Shown here: piece after piece, positions 7,328-10,096 of the stretch
How positions within the stretch are numbered: position 1 is the stretch's first letter
How the letters are laid out: every line of letters begins with the position of its first letter
Source of the DNA: Campylobacterales bacterium
Lineage (GTDB): Bacteria; Campylobacterota; Campylobacteria; Campylobacterales; Sulfurimonadaceae
Reading direction: 5' to 3'
Length of the DNA stretch: 10,096 nucleotides
NCBI GenBank assembly: GCA_038205935.1
Contig: JBBRBK010000073.1
Coordinates: forward strand, 1 to 10,096
The notes under the pieces: model-generated
Told to the model about the DNA's origin: nothing
The model's database searches: none
What the model saw: the letters and a program-made list of their open reading frames with translations, nothing else
Program-made: the position numbers and the translations under genes

Positions 7328-7456
7328 TTTTCATCCTTTTATTAGTTTATTATATCATAATAGAATATAATTTCTATTACTTACCTTTAGTATAGTAAGA
7401 GATATTTAAGTATGTTTACTATAACATTCTCACATAACTAAAATAAAGAGGACTGA
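7328..7456. promoter_or_regulatory. Divergent promoter/operator region with several inverted repeats; candidate HxlR operator
   Basis: TAATAGAA-TATAAT-TTCTATTA at 7358-7379, TACT-N7-AGTA at 7378-7392, and TATAGTAA-N17-TTACTATA at 7391-7423. Confidence 0.6.
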
Positions 7457-8602
7457 ATGAACAACTTTACATATTACAACCCGACAAAAATAGAGTTTGG
7501 AAAAGAGAAAGAAAATAATATCGGTAGCTATTTAGCAGAAGCAGGTATTAAAAAAGTTCTCTTTTTGTATGGAACAGGAAGTATTCAAAAGAGTGGGCTT
7601 TATGACAAAATCATACACTCACTCAACAAAAGTAATATTGAGTTTGTTGAACTCTGTGGAGTTGTGAGCAATCCGCTTCTTAGTAAAGTAAATGAAGGTA
7701 TTAAACTCTCTAAAGAGCATAAAATTGAAGCTATTTTAGGTGTAGGTGGCGGTTCTGTTGCTGATAGTGCAAAAGCAATTGCCGCGGGAGCTAAATATGA
7801 TGGTGACGTTTGGGACTTTTTTATCAACAAAGCGCAAATAAACGAAGCTTTACCAGTGTTTACGGTTATGACACTCTCAGCAACTGCGAGTGAAATGAAT
7901 GGAAATTCCGTCATTATAAATGATGATACAAAACAAAAATATTCTATCGGTTCTGTTTTAGTCAATCCTGTGCTTTCTGTTATCAATCCAGAACTGATGA
8001 AAACCGTCACTCCTGAATATTTGGCATATTCAGCGGTTGATGTTATCGCTCACTCCATAGAAGTATATTTTACAGCGAGCGTTCATCCTCACTTTAACTC
8101 AAGAATCGTGGAGTCGATCATCAAAACTGTTATGGAAACGACTGAAATTCTCATCGAAAATCCAGATGATTATGATGCAAGAGCAGAGTTTGCTTGGACT
8201 GCAATTCAAGCACTCAACGGCTTAACACCAGCGGGAACTGATGGCGGAAGTTTTCCAAATCATATGATAGAACATTCACTCTCTGCTTTATACAATGTAG
8301 CCCACGGTGCAGGACTAGCAGTCGTGATACCTGCGTGGATGAAATGGTATAAAGAGCAAAATATCACTCAATTTCAAAGATTTTCAAAAGAGATTTTTGG
8401 GACAGAAGATGCAAATATAGGGATAGAAAAACTGGAAAACTGGTTTTCTAAGATTGGCGCGCCTGTTACTTTAAAAGAACTTGATATTCCAAGAGATGCT
8501 ATAGAAGCGTTGGCAATAAATGCAAATGGTTTAGCGAAAGTTTGGGGAATGGAAACGCTTTATCCGGTTAAAACTATCGTGGAAATACTAGAAAAAGCAT
8601 AA
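7457..8602 (+). CDS. Iron-containing alcohol/aldehyde dehydrogenase (BdhA/YqhD-like, probably NADPH-dependent)
   Basis: Motifs FTYYNPTKIEFG, GVGGGSVADSAKAIA and TLSATASEMN, plus metal ligands in DVIAH, NHMIEH and HGAGL. GAGGA RBS. Confidence 0.94.
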   Translation: MNNFTYYNPTKIEFGKEKENNIGSYLAEAGIKKVLFLYGTGSIQKSGLYDKIIHSLNKSNIEFVELCGVVSNPLLSKVNEGIKLSKEHKIEAILGVGGGSVADSAKAIAAGAKYDGDVWDFFINKAQINEALPVFTVMTLSATASEMNGNSVIINDDTKQKYSIGSVLVNPVLSVINPELMKTVTPEYLAYSAVDVIAHSIEVYFTASVHPHFNSRIVESIIKTVMETTEILIENPDDYDARAEFAWTAIQALNGLTPAGTDGGSFPNHMIEHSLSALYNVAHGAGLAVVIPAWMKWYKEQNITQFQRFSKEIFGTEDANIGIEKLENWFSKIGAPVTLKELDIPRDAIEALAINANGLAKVWGMETLYPVKTIVEILEKA

Positions 8603-8625
8603 AAAAATAATATAAGGAAATGAAA

Positions 8626-9255
8626 ATGAAAAATGAGTTTATGAAGGCTATGGAGTTTAGACATGCATGTAAAGTGTTTGATGAGTCAAAAAAAATTTCT
8701 GATGAAGATATCAGGTTTATTTTAGAAGCTGGCAGAAAATCACCATCATCTTTTGGTATGGAAGCTTGGAAGTTTTTAGTGATCACAAATGAAGAGTTAA
8801 AAGCGAAGCTAAGACCAGCTTGCTGGGATCAAGTGCAAGTAACAAGCTGTTCTCATTTGGTTGTTGTTTTAGCAGGAATAGAGAGTGTCAAAGTAGAATC
8901 TGGTGAAGTTGAAAAAAGATTTGCTAGACGTGAGATGCCAAAAGAAAGTTTAGATTTTTACATGAAGCTCTACGCGGATCATTTAAAAGAAACTTTAAGC
9001 AGTGATGAAAAGATCTATGCATGGACGGCAAAACAAACTGCCATTGCTGCAGCAAATATGATGACTGCGGGTGCGAGCATTGGGATAGATTCATGTCCAA
9101 TCGAAGGGTATGACAAAAAACAAGTAGAAGAGATTTTAGGACTTGATACTACAAAGTATCAATTATCAATGGTTCTGCCATTTGGATATAGACTCAACGT
9201 TCAACCTCAACAGTTAAGACTTTCCTTTGATGAAGTTGTTGAGTTCATAAAATAA
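8626..9255 (+). CDS. FMN-dependent NAD(P)H nitroreductase (NfsB/FrxA-like)
   Basis: Motifs RHACKVFD, SPSSFGMEAWKF, IGIDSCPIEG and LPFGYR. AAGGA at 8614-8618 favours ATG 8626 over ATG 8620. Confidence 0.93.
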   Translation: MKNEFMKAMEFRHACKVFDESKKISDEDIRFILEAGRKSPSSFGMEAWKFLVITNEELKAKLRPACWDQVQVTSCSHLVVVLAGIESVKVESGEVEKRFARREMPKESLDFYMKLYADHLKETLSSDEKIYAWTAKQTAIAAANMMTAGASIGIDSCPIEGYDKKQVEEILGLDTTKYQLSMVLPFGYRLNVQPQQLRLSFDEVVEFIK

Positions 9256-9310
9256 ATATTTGCAAAAACGATGATAGTTTATAACTAAATTTAAGATAGA
9301 TTTTTCCCTC

Positions 9311-10096
9311 TCACGTTACTTTATCAATCAATAAAGATTTATTGAAAACATAAGTAACGGTAGTGCCTTTTAAATAAGTTGATTGAATATCCATGGTTAT
9401 ATCACTTTTATCGACAATTGATTTGACAATATTCATACCAATTCCAAATCCATTTTTATTTTCTTGCTCACGGTAATATCGATTTGTAATCTTTTCGGGA
9501 TGTTTCATGCCTTGACCATAATCTTGTATAGTAAGACAAATTCCATCTTTTTCATTCTTACTGATGTAAACATTGATTTTTCCATTTTTATGCGAAAATT
9601 TTATTGCATTTGAAAGCGTGTTGTCTAAAAGTCTTTGTAGCTTTGTGGGATTAAAGAATATTTGAGTTTGAGTAGTCCGATGCAATGTCATAGTGATACT
9701 ATTAAGCTCGCAAATTAGTTCAAAGTATTCCATACGCTCTTTTACAAACGCTTCTAGATTAATAATTTCATCTTTATACTCAACGCGATTTTGCTTGATA
9801 AGATAATCCATATCATTGTAGATCGTCGAGAGTGACTTACTAGCTGATTTGATGCGGTTAAGATATTTATTTGGTTCATGCATGCTATTAAAAAGATCAA
9901 CATTAACGTTTATAATACTTAAAGGCGTATTCATCTCATGCATGGATTCTTTGATAAACTCATCTAGTTTTTCATTCACACGTTTAAATGGTAAGGAAAA
10001 ACTGTTTAAAAAATAAAAAGACAAAAGAAGAATCAGAATGATAATGCCAAATGCGATCACGCTAGCTTCAAGTAAAATATCCGTATAAGAGATCGT
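9311..10096 (-). CDS. Two-component sensor histidine kinase; C-terminal part, the 5' end lies beyond the right edge
   Basis: A transmembrane helix is followed by H-box ESMHEMNTPLS, N-box DNTLSNAIK, G1 DYGQGM and G2 GFGIGM. The frame stays open from 10060 to the window end (TISYTDILLEAS), so 10060 is probably not the true start. Confidence 0.93.
   Translation of the reverse strand, partial: TISYTDILLEASVIAFGIIILILLLSFYFLNSFSLPFKRVNEKLDEFIKESMHEMNTPLSIINVNVDLFNSMHEPNKYLNRIKSASKSLSTIYNDMDYLIKQNRVEYKDEIINLEAFVKERMEYFELICELNSITMTLHRTTQTQIFFNPTKLQRLLDNTLSNAIKFSHKNGKINVYISKNEKDGICLTIQDYGQGMKHPEKITNRYYREQENKNGFGIGMNIVKSIVDKSDITMDIQSTYLKGTTVTYVFNKSLLIDKVT

Noticed and set aside
7023..8786. ORFs 7023-7370 (+), 7600-8010 (-) and 8574-8786 (-)
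   Set aside because: They are antisense to well-supported genes.
9256..9310. Possible bidirectional terminator between the nitroreductase and the kinase (TAGTT-tat-AACTA at 9275-9287)
   Set aside because: The stem is only 5 bp and AT-rich, too weak to call.

Overview
AT-rich bacterial window; the AAGGA-type ribosome-binding sites and protein families suggest Campylobacterota (Sulfuricurvum/Sulfurimonas-like), which is an inference. The left part (1-6873) is a lipid/secondary-metabolite region. It holds the first genes of a leftward operon that runs off the window: a hot-dog dehydratase, a GT2 glycosyltransferase and an MIO-dependent aromatic amino-acid ammonia-lyase that the ORF track missed. 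This trio is typical of aryl-polyene/flexirubin-type pigment-lipid clusters. Next come a divergent CE4 polysaccharide deacetylase, an Aur1/IPC-synthase-like PAP2 membrane protein, a LplT-like MFS transporter and an Aas acyltransferase/acyl-ACP synthetase. The right part (6986-10096) holds a Cys-containing HxlR/DUF24 regulator divergent from an iron-containing alcohol dehydrogenase and a nitroreductase, with a palindrome-rich intergenic region, followed by the 3' part of a sensor histidine kinase. I saw no RNA genes, mobile elements or CRISPR arrays.
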